This document shows, piece by piece, positions 55,140 to 63,851 of a DNA stretch of 64,000 bases. A program made the position numbers and the translations under genes. The notes below the pieces were generated by a model that ran no database searches, was not told the origin of the DNA, and was given only the letters and a program-made list of their open reading frames with translations. Source of the stretch: Clostridia bacterium (GTDB lineage: Bacteria > Bacillota > Clostridia > Christensenellales > Aristaeellaceae); contig JAFWEY010000198.1 in the NCBI GenBank assembly GCA_017512675.1, forward strand, positions 1,803 through 65,802, written 5' to 3'. Position 1 is the first letter of the stretch. Each line of letters begins with the position of its first letter.

Positions 55140-56300
55140 ATGAAGCTATTGGAATACCAGGCACAGACGCTGATGAAAATGTACGGCGTGCCGGTGCCCG
55201 GCGGCTGCGTGATCGCAGAAGGCGCGGACATCGAATCGGAACTGGCCGGATCCGGCATCGGCTATCCCGCGGTGGTCAAAGCACAGGTGCAGATCGGCGG
55301 ACGCGGGAAGGCGGGCGGCATCCGGTTCGCGCAGGACGCTGCGCAGGCCAAACGCGAAGCGGAGGATCTGCTGGGCAAGGAGATCCGCGGCCTGACGGTT
55401 CACAAGGTTTATCTGGTGGAAAAGCAGGAATACGTGTCGGAATGGTATCTGTCGATCCTGCTGGACCGGCTGAGCAAGCAGCCGATGATCCTGTTCTCTT
55501 CGATGGGCGGCATGGAAATCGAAGAGACGGCGAAAACCGCTCCTGACAAAATCAAGCGCATAGTGGTCGACCCGATGATCGGGGTGGAGGACTACATGGC
55601 GCGCTATCTGCTGTCCTCCAGCGGCCTGGACGTAAGCTGCACGAAAGCACTGGATCAGCTGCTCAAGGGGCTGTACAGGTGCTTCCGCGAAAAAGACTGC
55701 ATGCTGGCGGAAATCAATCCGCTGGTGGTTCGCGAAGACGGCAAACTGATCGCATTGGACGGAAAGATCGATGTGGACGACAGCGCCCTTTACCGTCAGC
55801 CGGAAGTCAAGGCATGGCGGGAAGAACTGCCGGAAGAGGATCTGGTCAAGGAAGCGCGCGAATTTGATTTCCTGTACATTCCGATCGAGAAGGGCGGCAG
55901 CGTTGCGGTCTGCTCCAACGGTTCCGGCATGCTGATGAGCTGTATTGACATGCTCAGCAAGAACGGCATGGTGGTCAGCGCGGCCCTGGATCTTGGCGGC
56001 GGCGCGACGAAGGAGCGCATTGCAGAAGCGCTGAGGATACTGTTTGCCACACAGGGCGTCAAGGCGGTGCTGATCAACATCTTCGGCGGCATCACCCGCT
56101 GCGACGAGGTCGCGGGCGGCATCGAACTGGCGATGTCCCGCGGCGCGCTGGAAGGCAAAATGATCGTGGTTCGCATGGAAGGAACAAACAAGGACAAGGC
56201 GATTGAAATCCTGAACGGAATGAAGAACGACGACGTCATCCGCGTGGACGGCCTGCGTGAGTCCATTGCGGCGATGCTGGAGAGGAGGGACCGGCTGTGA
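55140..56300 (+). CDS. succinyl-CoA-synthetase-like (NDP-forming acid-CoA ligase) beta subunit
   Basis: 386 aa, ATP-grasp N-terminus MKLLEYQAQTLMKMYGVPVP...VVKAQVQIGGRGKAGG. Substrate specificity not inferable. Confidence 0.85.
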   Translation: MKLLEYQAQTLMKMYGVPVPGGCVIAEGADIESELAGSGIGYPAVVKAQVQIGGRGKAGGIRFAQDAAQAKREAEDLLGKEIRGLTVHKVYLVEKQEYVSEWYLSILLDRLSKQPMILFSSMGGMEIEETAKTAPDKIKRIVVDPMIGVEDYMARYLLSSSGLDVSCTKALDQLLKGLYRCFREKDCMLAEINPLVVREDGKLIALDGKIDVDDSALYRQPEVKAWREELPEEDLVKEAREFDFLYIPIEKGGSVAVCSNGSGMLMSCIDMLSKNGMVVSAALDLGGGATKERIAEALRILFATQGVKAVLINIFGGITRCDEVAGGIELAMSRGALEGKMIVVRMEGTNKDKAIEILNGMKNDDVIRVDGLRESIAAMLERRDRL

Positions 56301-57181
56301 GTATCATCATCGATGAGAATACCCGTTTGATTGTGCAGGGCATTACCGGCCGGGAAGGAACCTTCCACACCGAGCAGATGCTCCAGTACGGAACGAAAGT
56401 GGTCGCCGGCGTGACTCCGGGCAAGGGCGGTCAGGAAGTGCTGGGCGTGCCGGTATTCAATACGGTGCGAGAAGCGATGGAGAAGACCGACGCGAATGCG
56501 ACGGTGGTGTTCGTGCCGGCGCGCTTTATGAAAGCTTCCGTGCTGGAAGCGCTGGACGCCGGCGTTCCGACGGTTCTGACCATTGCCGAACACGTGCCGG
56601 TGCAGGATATGATGGTATGCTACCGGCTGGCAAGGCTGAAGGGCGCCCGCCTGTTCGGGCCGAATTCTTTCGGCATCATTTCTCCCGGCAAGAGCAAGGC
56701 CGGCTTCATGGCGCATCGCATCTTCACTCCCGGCAATGTGGGCCTGATGAGCCGAAGCGCAACCAACTGCTACGAAACGGTGTTTATGCTCAGCAACAAC
56801 GGCATCGGACAGAGCACGTGCATCGGCGTTGGCGGCGACATGATTCCGGGCTCCACCTTCGTGGACCTGCTCGGCGATTTCAATGCCGACGAGCAGACAA
56901 AGGCCATCGTAATGATCGGCGAGATCGGCGGAAACGAGGAAGAGCTGGCGGCTGAGTGGATCAAAAAGAACGGCTCCAAGCCGGTGATCGCGCTGATTGC
57001 GGGCAAGAACGCACCGAAGGGCCGCAGCATGGGTCACGCCGGCGCGATCGTGTCTGCGGACGGCACCGGAAGCGCGGCCAGCAAGGAAAAAGCGCTGGCG
57101 GCAGCGGGGGTGCTGATTGCCGAGAACACCCAGCATATCGTCGACATCTGCCTGAAGCTGAAGGAAGAAGGCAGGATCTGA
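56297..57181 (+). CDS. succinyl-CoA-synthetase-like alpha subunit
   Basis: 294 aa. CoA-binding VQGITGREGTFH and the phosphohistidine loop GHAGAI. The start overlaps the beta-subunit stop. Confidence 0.85.
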   Translation: MSIIIDENTRLIVQGITGREGTFHTEQMLQYGTKVVAGVTPGKGGQEVLGVPVFNTVREAMEKTDANATVVFVPARFMKASVLEALDAGVPTVLTIAEHVPVQDMMVCYRLARLKGARLFGPNSFGIISPGKSKAGFMAHRIFTPGNVGLMSRSATNCYETVFMLSNNGIGQSTCIGVGGDMIPGSTFVDLLGDFNADEQTKAIVMIGEIGGNEEELAAEWIKKNGSKPVIALIAGKNAPKGRSMGHAGAIVSADGTGSAASKEKALAAAGVLIAENTQHIVDICLKLKEEGRI

Positions 57182-57200
57182 CGGGGATCGAATAACCGGA

Positions 57201-57246
57201 CGGCCATCCCACGGTGTCTGAACCGCGGGATGGCCGCTGTTTTGTC
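57201..57246 (+). terminator. intrinsic terminator after the SucD-like gene
   Basis: CGGCCATCCCACGG / CCGCGGGATGGCCG stem (one mismatch) followed by CTGTTTTGTCT. Confidence 0.65.
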
Positions 57247-57309
57247 TGATAACTGCTGAGGCGGAACGCATTCCGGCCGTTCAGCGGGCGAACGCGCCAG
57301 TCCGGCCTG

Positions 57310-58533
57310 TCAGAATGCCCAGTTTCCGTTCCGGAAGATCGGCACGGTATCGCCGCTGCGGGTGCAGGCGTCGATGCACATGTCTTCTGTTCCGATCATG
57401 AAATCCACGTGCATCATCGAATCGTTGACGCCCAGCTTCCGGCATTCTTCCAGCGTGCGGTGTTCGAAGCCGTCGATGCAGTCGGCAAAGCCCATCCCCA
57501 GAGCCAGGTGACACGCCGCGTTCTCGTCGAACAGCGTGTTGTAGAACAGCAGCTTGCTGTTCTGAATCGGCGAATCATAGGGAACCAGCGCGCATTCTCC
57601 GAGGAACGCGCTGCCTTCATCCATCCCGATGATCTGCGTCAGCGCTTCGTTGTTGACCTCTGCGTTCCATTCGACTGTCTTGCCGCCTTCAAAACGGATC
57701 CAGAACCGGTCGATCAGCTGCCCGTCCCAGCTAAGCGGTTTGGAAGCGTATACGATGCCCTCCGCCTGTCCGCGCATCGGTGAAGTGAAGCATTCCTCGG
57801 TCGGAATGTTTGGGTTGAAGGACACGCCCTGCAGGGTGGTTTCTCCGCCGCCGCAAAAGCGCGCTTCGGGGATCATGCCGACAGTGAAATCAGTGCCGTT
57901 TGACGCGGTGTAATGAAGGGACGCGATCCCGAGTTCATTGAGATACCGGCAGCGCGATTCAAGATCCCGGTTATGCTCGTTCCATGCGCCAATCGGATCT
58001 TCCCCGATCCGGCTGGTGTCCAGGATTGCCTGCCAAAGCGCTTCCTCGGCGCGTCCGGGCGAAAGATCCGGGAAAAGCTTTCTGGCCCAGGCCCGGCCGG
58101 GGACGGCGGCTATGCACCACTGGTACCGGTTCTCCAGCTGATCGCGGTATTTTTTGATCAGGGGGAAGCGGTTTTGATAGGCTTTGCTCATCTTTTCCTG
58201 ATCGACGCCGTTCAGCCCGTCGGGGTCCTCGGATTCCAGATAGATCCGGCAGGGAAGAGTCTTCAGATAATGCTGCCACCGGGCTTCGCTGTAATCGGGA
58301 AACTCCGACAGGGTTTCCAGAGAAGCGTATTTGATGTGGGATCTGGTCAGCGGCTGGTGGAACCAGTCCACCTCGACCTTCTTCGCGCCGGCTTTGTAAC
58401 ACTCCTCCACCAGCATTTCCACGAACGCGGGCTGGTCGAGCTCCGCCTGAATGAATACTTCCTGCCCTTTCTGAATGTTGGCGCCGGTGCGGGCAATCAG
58501 CCTGGCGTATTTGCGCAATCTTGTCTTCTGCAT
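57310..58533 (-). CDS. aminopeptidase, M29 family (AmpS/PepS-like)
   Basis: Trimmed to MQKTRLRKYARLIARTGANIQKGQEV (AGGAGG RBS). Overall M29-like sequence. The track ORF extends to 58602. Confidence 0.82.
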   Translation of the reverse strand: MQKTRLRKYARLIARTGANIQKGQEVFIQAELDQPAFVEMLVEECYKAGAKKVEVDWFHQPLTRSHIKYASLETLSEFPDYSEARWQHYLKTLPCRIYLESEDPDGLNGVDQEKMSKAYQNRFPLIKKYRDQLENRYQWCIAAVPGRAWARKLFPDLSPGRAEEALWQAILDTSRIGEDPIGAWNEHNRDLESRCRYLNELGIASLHYTASNGTDFTVGMIPEARFCGGGETTLQGVSFNPNIPTEECFTSPMRGQAEGIVYASKPLSWDGQLIDRFWIRFEGGKTVEWNAEVNNEALTQIIGMDEGSAFLGECALVPYDSPIQNSKLLFYNTLFDENAACHLALGMGFADCIDGFEHRTLEECRKLGVNDSMMHVDFMIGTEDMCIDACTRSGDTVPIFRNGNWAF

Positions 58534-58702
58534 GAAAACCTCCTGAATGATACGATAGACTGTGCTGACAGTATACCACGGATCGCGTCGCTTGCCAAAC
58601 AAAATCTGCGCTCACGGCGCAGAGGCCGGAAAGACCGTGACAGGCCGCGGAGAAGCGGCCCGCGGCGGGGCAGGAAGATAGAATAAGAACGCAGCGTTAA
58701 TT

Positions 58703-58729
58703 TTGGCACTCTCATTGACAGAGTGCCAA
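58703..58729. promoter_or_regulatory. CIRCE-like inverted repeat (HrcA operator variant)
   Basis: TTGGCACTC-N9-GAGTGCCAA against the CIRCE consensus TTAGCACTC-N9-GAGTGCTAA. The single difference is mirrored in both arms. Confidence 0.7.
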
Positions 58730-58736
58730 AAATCTC

Positions 58737-58765
58737 TTGACATTCCCTGACTTTAGCATTACAAT
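58737..58765 (+). promoter_or_regulatory. consensus sigma-A promoter of htpG
   Basis: TTGACA (58737-58742), 17 nt, TACAAT (58760-58765). Confidence 0.6.
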
Positions 58766-58817
58766 AGGAGTATAACAACGGGCTTGCGGCCCGTATGAGA
58801 TCATTGGAGGCAATATC

Positions 58818-60704
58818 ATGGCTGAAAGAGGCAATATTTCGATTCACGCACAAAACATTATGCCGGTCATCAAGCGCTGGCTCTATTCAGACAAGGATAT
58901 TTTCCTGCGCGAGATGGTTTCCAACGGATGCGACGCGATCGCGAAATGCAAGGTTCTCGCCCGCAGCGGGAAGGTGCCGCAGGAAGACGATTACCGGGTG
59001 GACGTGATTGTCGATTCCGAAAAGGGAACGCTGAAAATCGTGGACAACGGAATCGGCATGACGGCGGACGAAGTCAAGCGCTTTATTGCACAGGTGGCAT
59101 TCTCCGGTGCCGAGGAATTTCTGAAAAAGTATAAGCCGGAGGAAGGGGAAAACAGCGGCATCATCGGCCACTTTGGTCTGGGCTTCTATTCGGCGTTCAT
59201 GGTTTCCGACAAAGTGACCATCGATACGCTGAGCTGGCAGCCGGGGGAAAAAGCGGTGCGCTGGGAAAGCGAAGACGGCATGTCCTACGAGATGTCGGAT
59301 TCCGACAGGACACAGCGGGGCACGACCATCACGCTGCACATTTCCAGGGAGGACGAGGAGTATCTCAAGCTGTGGACGGTTCGTTCCACGCTGGAAAAGT
59401 ACTGTTCGTTTATGCCCGTGGAGATCTATCTGAGCGAAGAGAAGCCGCTCGAAGAGCCGAAGGAAGGCGAAGAAGCGCCGAAGCCCCGGGAACCGGAAAA
59501 GGTCAACGACACCCATCCGCTGTGGCTGAAGCGGCCGGCCGATGTGACAGACGAGGAATACAGGGAGTTCTATCACAAGGTTTTCCACGATTATGACGAA
59601 CCGCTGTTCTGGATCCACCTGAACGCCGAGTATCCGTTCAATCTGAAGGGCATACTGTATTTCCCGCGCATCAGAAATGAATTCACCTCAGGGGAGGGGC
59701 TTGTCAAGCTTTACAACAATCAGGTCTTCGTGGCTGACAACATCAAGGAGGTCATACCGGAATTCCTGATGCTGCTGAAGGGCGCGATCGATTGCCCGGA
59801 CCTGCCGCTCAACGTGTCCAGGTCCTTCCTGCAGAATGACGGATACGTCAAAAAGATGTCGGCATACATTACCCGAAAGGTTGCCGACCGCCTGGTGAGC
59901 GAGTTCACCGAAAAGCGGGAGGATTATCAGAAATACTGGGACGACATCCATCCCTTTGTCAAGTACGGATGCATTCGCGACGCGAAGTTCTACGATCGGG
60001 TAAAGGACGCGATTCTGTTCAAGACCGTGGACGGCAGCTATATGACGATTGCGGAATACCTGGAAAAGAACTGCCCGCAGGCCGCGGACGCGGATGAAGA
60101 CAAACCGGAGCAGGTGGTGTGCTATGCCAGCGATCCCAAGCGCCAGGCGCAGATGATCGATTTGTACAAAGCACAGGGCAAAGACGTCGTCCTGATGGAT
60201 ACTATGATCGACAACAATTTCATGTCCTTCCTCGAATACGGCGCGGGAAGGGACGATCGTCTGCGCTTCAAACGGGTCGACGCGGCGCTGGACGGTCTGA
60301 CCGAGGATGAGCAGGCGGATGAAACGGTGCGTGAGCTCCTGGAAAAGAAGTTCCGCAAGGCGCTCGGCCAGGAGGATCTGGAGGTAAAACTCTCCAGCTT
60401 CAAATCCGAAGAGCTGCCGGCGATGATTACGGTGGACGAGGAATCCCGCAGAATGAGCGAAATGAGTCGCGCCTGGGGCCGCGGGGGATTTGAAATGCCT
60501 GAGAAACGCGCGCTGACCCTGAACCAAAGGCATCCTCTGATCCGGCGCCTGGCTGCGTCCGGCGACGGAGAACTCGACGATATGCTCTGTCAGCAGGTGA
60601 TGGATCTCAGCGAAATGGCGCGCAGCCCGCTGGAGTCCGAGCGGATGGTCGCGTTCCTGAAGCGCTCCAACCGTATCCTGACGCTGTTGGCGGAACGCGC
60701 GTAA
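58818..60704 (+). CDS. htpG: molecular chaperone HtpG (Hsp90)
   Basis: 628 aa with a GHKL ATPase N-terminus ...LREMVSNGCDA..., DNGIGM and GHFGLGFYS. Confidence 0.93.
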   Translation: MAERGNISIHAQNIMPVIKRWLYSDKDIFLREMVSNGCDAIAKCKVLARSGKVPQEDDYRVDVIVDSEKGTLKIVDNGIGMTADEVKRFIAQVAFSGAEEFLKKYKPEEGENSGIIGHFGLGFYSAFMVSDKVTIDTLSWQPGEKAVRWESEDGMSYEMSDSDRTQRGTTITLHISREDEEYLKLWTVRSTLEKYCSFMPVEIYLSEEKPLEEPKEGEEAPKPREPEKVNDTHPLWLKRPADVTDEEYREFYHKVFHDYDEPLFWIHLNAEYPFNLKGILYFPRIRNEFTSGEGLVKLYNNQVFVADNIKEVIPEFLMLLKGAIDCPDLPLNVSRSFLQNDGYVKKMSAYITRKVADRLVSEFTEKREDYQKYWDDIHPFVKYGCIRDAKFYDRVKDAILFKTVDGSYMTIAEYLEKNCPQAADADEDKPEQVVCYASDPKRQAQMIDLYKAQGKDVVLMDTMIDNNFMSFLEYGAGRDDRLRFKRVDAALDGLTEDEQADETVRELLEKKFRKALGQEDLEVKLSSFKSEELPAMITVDEESRRMSEMSRAWGRGGFEMPEKRALTLNQRHPLIRRLAASGDGELDDMLCQQVMDLSEMARSPLESERMVAFLKRSNRILTLLAERA

Positions 60705-60711
60705 CGGGACG

Positions 60712-60738
60712 GGCGGCGGCAGGCAAACTGCCGCCGCC
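60712..60738 (+). terminator. GC-rich hairpin after htpG
   Basis: 11-bp perfect stem GGCGGCGGCAG / CTGCCGCCGCC with a 5-nt loop and no U-tract. Confidence 0.4.
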
Positions 60739-60885
60739 TGCGGGCCCCAAACCTCATCCGTCTCGCGCTTCGGGCGCAATCGCCGCGTGCTTCCGCTTCG
60801 CAAATCCTTTTCTCAGCACCCTGGGAAGGCGTCCGTGCCGGGGGGCGCGTTCACCAACTTTTCGGAGTGCGCAACGCATTTTTCG

Positions 60886-60914
60886 TTGACAAATGCCCGT
60901 GTATCTGTTATAAT
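60886..60914 (+). promoter_or_regulatory. consensus sigma-A promoter in front of the metQNI leader
   Basis: TTGACA (60886-60891), 17 nt, TATAAT (60909-60914). It lies about 290 nt upstream of the metQ ATG. Confidence 0.6.
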
Positions 60915-61079
60915 CCGGTTCGTTACCTGATGGAGAGGAGAAAGCACCGTGAAGAACTGGCGCGCTTCGATGATCGATATGTACATGTGCGGCATGTGCG
61001 TATGCAATTGCGCCGTTTTTTCGAAGCGCTTTCCGGCCGCCATCTGAGAAGGCATCAGATCGCCCGCGTGGATGTGAAG

Positions 61080-61110
61080 GGAAGCTTCGAAAAGGGAGCT
61101 TCCTGTTTTT
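61080..61110 (+). terminator. leader terminator/attenuator inside the metQNI 5' leader
   Basis: GGAAGCT / AGCTTCC stem with a 10-nt loop, followed by TGTTTTT, 90 nt before the metQ start. Confidence 0.5.
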
Positions 61111-61201
61111 ATACCGGCGCGGGTGACCGGAGATGCTGCCTTGCATAGGCAAGGCTGTCGAAAGAGACCCATTTCCCATTTCAAGAAAAGGAGAGATCGT
61201 C

Positions 61202-62044
61202 ATGAAAAGGATTCTGTCTGTCGTACTGACCGTACTGCTGGCTCTGTCGGGCGTCTGTGCGCTGGCGGAGGGCATCACCGTTGCCGTCCCCAACGACACC
61301 ACCAACGAAGCGCGCGCGCTGCTGCTGCTGGAGGCGAACGGCATCATCAAGCTGAAGGAAGGCGCCGGCATCACCGCCACCAAGGAAGACATCGAGGAGA
61401 ATCCGCTGGGCATCGAGTTCCAGGAAGTGGAAGCCGCAATGGTTCCCAATGTGCTGGCCGATGTGGATTACGCGATCATCAACAACAACTACGCGATCGA
61501 CGCCGGCCTGAAGCCGACCCGGGATTCCTTCCTGATCGAGGGCGCGGGATCTTTCTACGCGAATGTCATCGCGGTCAAGGCGGGCAACGAAGAAGACCCG
61601 GCGACCAAGGCGCTCGTCGCGGCGGTTGAGAGCCAGCAGGTTGCCGATTTCATCACGGCTACCTACGACGGTGCCGTTGTTTCCACCGTCGAGAATCCGA
61701 CGGACGGCTATGACGCGGATGTGGATTACGGCGCGCTGGCCGGCACCACCATCACCGTCGCCGCTTCTCCGGCTCCGCACGCGCAGATTCTGGAAATCGT
61801 GAAAGAGATCCTGGCTGCCAAGGACGTCAAAGTGGAGATCATCGAGTATTCCGACTATGTGCAGCCCAACATGGTGGTGGATTCGGGCGAAGTGTTCGCC
61901 AATTATTTCCAGCATCAGCCGTATCTGGACGATTTCAACGCCAACAACGGAACGGAAGTTGTTTCCGTCAGCGCGCCGCATGTCGAGCCCATGGCGCTGT
62001 ACGGCGGCAAGCAGGCCGATCTGACCGCGCTGACCGTCGGCTGA
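61202..62044 (+). CDS. metQ: methionine ABC transporter substrate-binding protein (MetQ/NlpA family)
   Basis: ATG 61202 after AAAAGGAGAG. Signal peptide MKRILSVVLTVLLALSGVCALA and an NlpA-like sequence ...VAVPNDTTNEARALLLLE... Confidence 0.85.
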   Translation: MKRILSVVLTVLLALSGVCALAEGITVAVPNDTTNEARALLLLEANGIIKLKEGAGITATKEDIEENPLGIEFQEVEAAMVPNVLADVDYAIINNNYAIDAGLKPTRDSFLIEGAGSFYANVIAVKAGNEEDPATKALVAAVESQQVADFITATYDGAVVSTVENPTDGYDADVDYGALAGTTITVAASPAPHAQILEIVKEILAAKDVKVEIIEYSDYVQPNMVVDSGEVFANYFQHQPYLDDFNANNGTEVVSVSAPHVEPMALYGGKQADLTALTVG

Positions 62045-62055
62045 CGAAAGGGATT

Positions 62056-62099
62056 CTTGCACACCGCGCATCGGCGCGCGGTGTGCAAGCTGCTGTTTT
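62056..62099 (+). terminator. intercistronic hairpin with U-tract between metQ and metN
   Basis: 14-bp perfect stem CTTGCACACCGCGC / GCGCGGTGTGCAAG, followed by CTGCTGTTTT. Confidence 0.5.
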
Positions 62100-62112
62100 G
62101 GAGGGAAACGTT

Positions 62113-63144
62113 TTGATTGAATTGCGGAATCTGTCCAAAAGCTTTATTACGCCGGACGGTGCGGTGGACGCGCTTAAACATGTGAACCTGACGATTCGTG
62201 ACGGCGACATCTACGGAATCATCGGGATGAGCGGCGCAGGCAAAAGCACCCTCGTGCGATGCATCAATATGCTCGAACGCCCGACAGAAGGCACGGTGCT
62301 TCTCAACGGGCAGGATCTTGGCGTGCTGAGCGACAAGGAACTGCGCGACGTGCGCCGGAAGGTGACGATGATCTTTCAGGGATTCAATCTGCTGATGCAG
62401 CGCACCTGTCTGAAAAACGTCATGCTTCCGCTCCGCTTTTCCGGCACGCCCAAGGAGGAAGCGGAGCAGCGGGCGCTGGAGCTTTTGAAAACCGTCGGGC
62501 TGCCGGACAAGGCGAACATGTATCCTGCCCAGCTCTCCGGCGGGCAGCAGCAGCGTGTGGCCATCGCCCGGGCGCTGGCGACCAGTCCGGAGGTGCTTTT
62601 GTGCGACGAGGCGACCAGCGCTTTGGATCCCAAGACGACGCACCAGATTCTGGAACTGATCCGCACCATCAATCGTGATACGGGCATCACAGTTATCGTC
62701 ATCACGCATCAGATGAGCGTAGTGCAGGAAATCTGCGGCCGGGTGGCGATTCTGGAAAACGGCACCGTGGTGGAAGAAGGGGACGTTACCCGGGTCTTCT
62801 CCAACCCGCAGGCGCAGGCGACGCGAAACCTGGTTTATCCGGAAATGGCGCAGGGAAGCCTGCAGCCGGCTCCCGGCGGCCAGCAGGTGCGCCTGTCGTT
62901 TAACGGCGCATCCGCGGCCAGCGAACCGCTGATTGCGCGCATGGCGATGGAATGCGGAATTGCGGCGAGCGTACACACGGCCTCCATACGCAGTGTCGGA
63001 GAGCACGTATACGGTTATATGCTTTTGGAGATTCCCGGAGGGCCGGATGAACTGGCCAAGGCTGTGAATTACCTGAAAGCGATGAAGGATGTCTCGGTCC
63101 GGGTGGAAGTCAGCTATGGGGATACGGGAGGCGACGGTCAATGA
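62113..63144 (+). CDS. metN: methionine ABC transporter ATP-binding protein
   Basis: TTG 62113 after GGAGGG, giving LIELRNLSKSF. Walker A GMSGAGKST, LSGGQQQR, Walker B LLCDEATSALD and a C-terminal NIL-like domain. Confidence 0.88.
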   Translation: MIELRNLSKSFITPDGAVDALKHVNLTIRDGDIYGIIGMSGAGKSTLVRCINMLERPTEGTVLLNGQDLGVLSDKELRDVRRKVTMIFQGFNLLMQRTCLKNVMLPLRFSGTPKEEAEQRALELLKTVGLPDKANMYPAQLSGGQQQRVAIARALATSPEVLLCDEATSALDPKTTHQILELIRTINRDTGITVIVITHQMSVVQEICGRVAILENGTVVEEGDVTRVFSNPQAQATRNLVYPEMAQGSLQPAPGGQQVRLSFNGASAASEPLIARMAMECGIAASVHTASIRSVGEHVYGYMLLEIPGGPDELAKAVNYLKAMKDVSVRVEVSYGDTGGDGQ

Positions 63145-63851
63145 ATCAGTTTGCCAATGCATTTACGGGGGAAAAGCTGCAGGAGGCCTGGGAGATTTTC
63201 CTGCGCGATTTTCCGTTTGCGCTGTGGGAGACCGTCTACGTCACAGTGCTGGCCACGTTTTTTGCCATTGTGATCGGCTTGCCGCTGGGGATGCTGCTGG
63301 TTGCCGGCGATGAACACGGGGTGCGTCCGATGCCCAGGCTGCTGATGCGTGCGATCAATGTGATCATCAATCTGCTGCGGTCGGTCCCGTTCCTGATCCT
63401 GATCGTGATGGTGATTCCGCTGACGCGGCTGATCGTGGGGACCTCGGTCGGGACGACGGCGTCGGTGGTGCCGCTGGTGGTCGCGGCGTTTCCGTTTGTG
63501 GCGCGGCTGGTCGAAGGAAGTCTGCGGGGGGTTAATCCGAACATCATCGAAACGGCGCAGAGCATGGGGGCGAAGCCGGGGCAGATTCTGTTCCATGTGA
63601 TGCTTCCGGAAAGCGTTCCGGCGCTGATCAGCAATTTTACGCTCGCGATCACGACCATCATGGGCTATACGGCAATGAGCGGCGCGATCGGCGGCGGCGG
63701 CCTGGGAAAAATCGCGATCATGATCGGCTACAACCGCTATAAATATGCGGTGCTGTATCTGGCGGTGATCGTGCTGGTCATTCTGGTGCAGGTTTTTCAG
63801 ACTGTCGGAAGCCGTCTGGCGGCGATGAGCGACAAGCGCCTGAAGCGCTGA
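63141..63851 (+). CDS. metI: methionine ABC transporter permease
   Basis: 236 aa, 5-6 TM segments. ATGA overlap with the metN stop. Confidence 0.88.
   Translation: MNQFANAFTGEKLQEAWEIFLRDFPFALWETVYVTVLATFFAIVIGLPLGMLLVAGDEHGVRPMPRLLMRAINVIINLLRSVPFLILIVMVIPLTRLIVGTSVGTTASVVPLVVAAFPFVARLVEGSLRGVNPNIIETAQSMGAKPGQILFHVMLPESVPALISNFTLAITTIMGYTAMSGAIGGGGLGKIAIMIGYNRYKYAVLYLAVIVLVILVQVFQTVGSRLAAMSDKRLKR

Noticed and set aside
18467-57271. Other long antisense ORFs (18467..19963, 21288..22718, 29712..31145, 44405..45805, 49520..51013, 51247..52494, 55796..57271, 61915..63162 and similar).
   Set aside because: Each lies opposite a gene with strong family motifs. All have Arg/Pro/His/Gly-rich composition and lack RBSs, so they are treated as non-coding.
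60915-61201. Calling the metQ leader a SAM-I riboswitch or a Met T-box.
   Set aside because: The conserved S-box core motifs and a correctly placed T-box/antiterminator sequence could not be found by eye. It is reported only as an unclassified leader.
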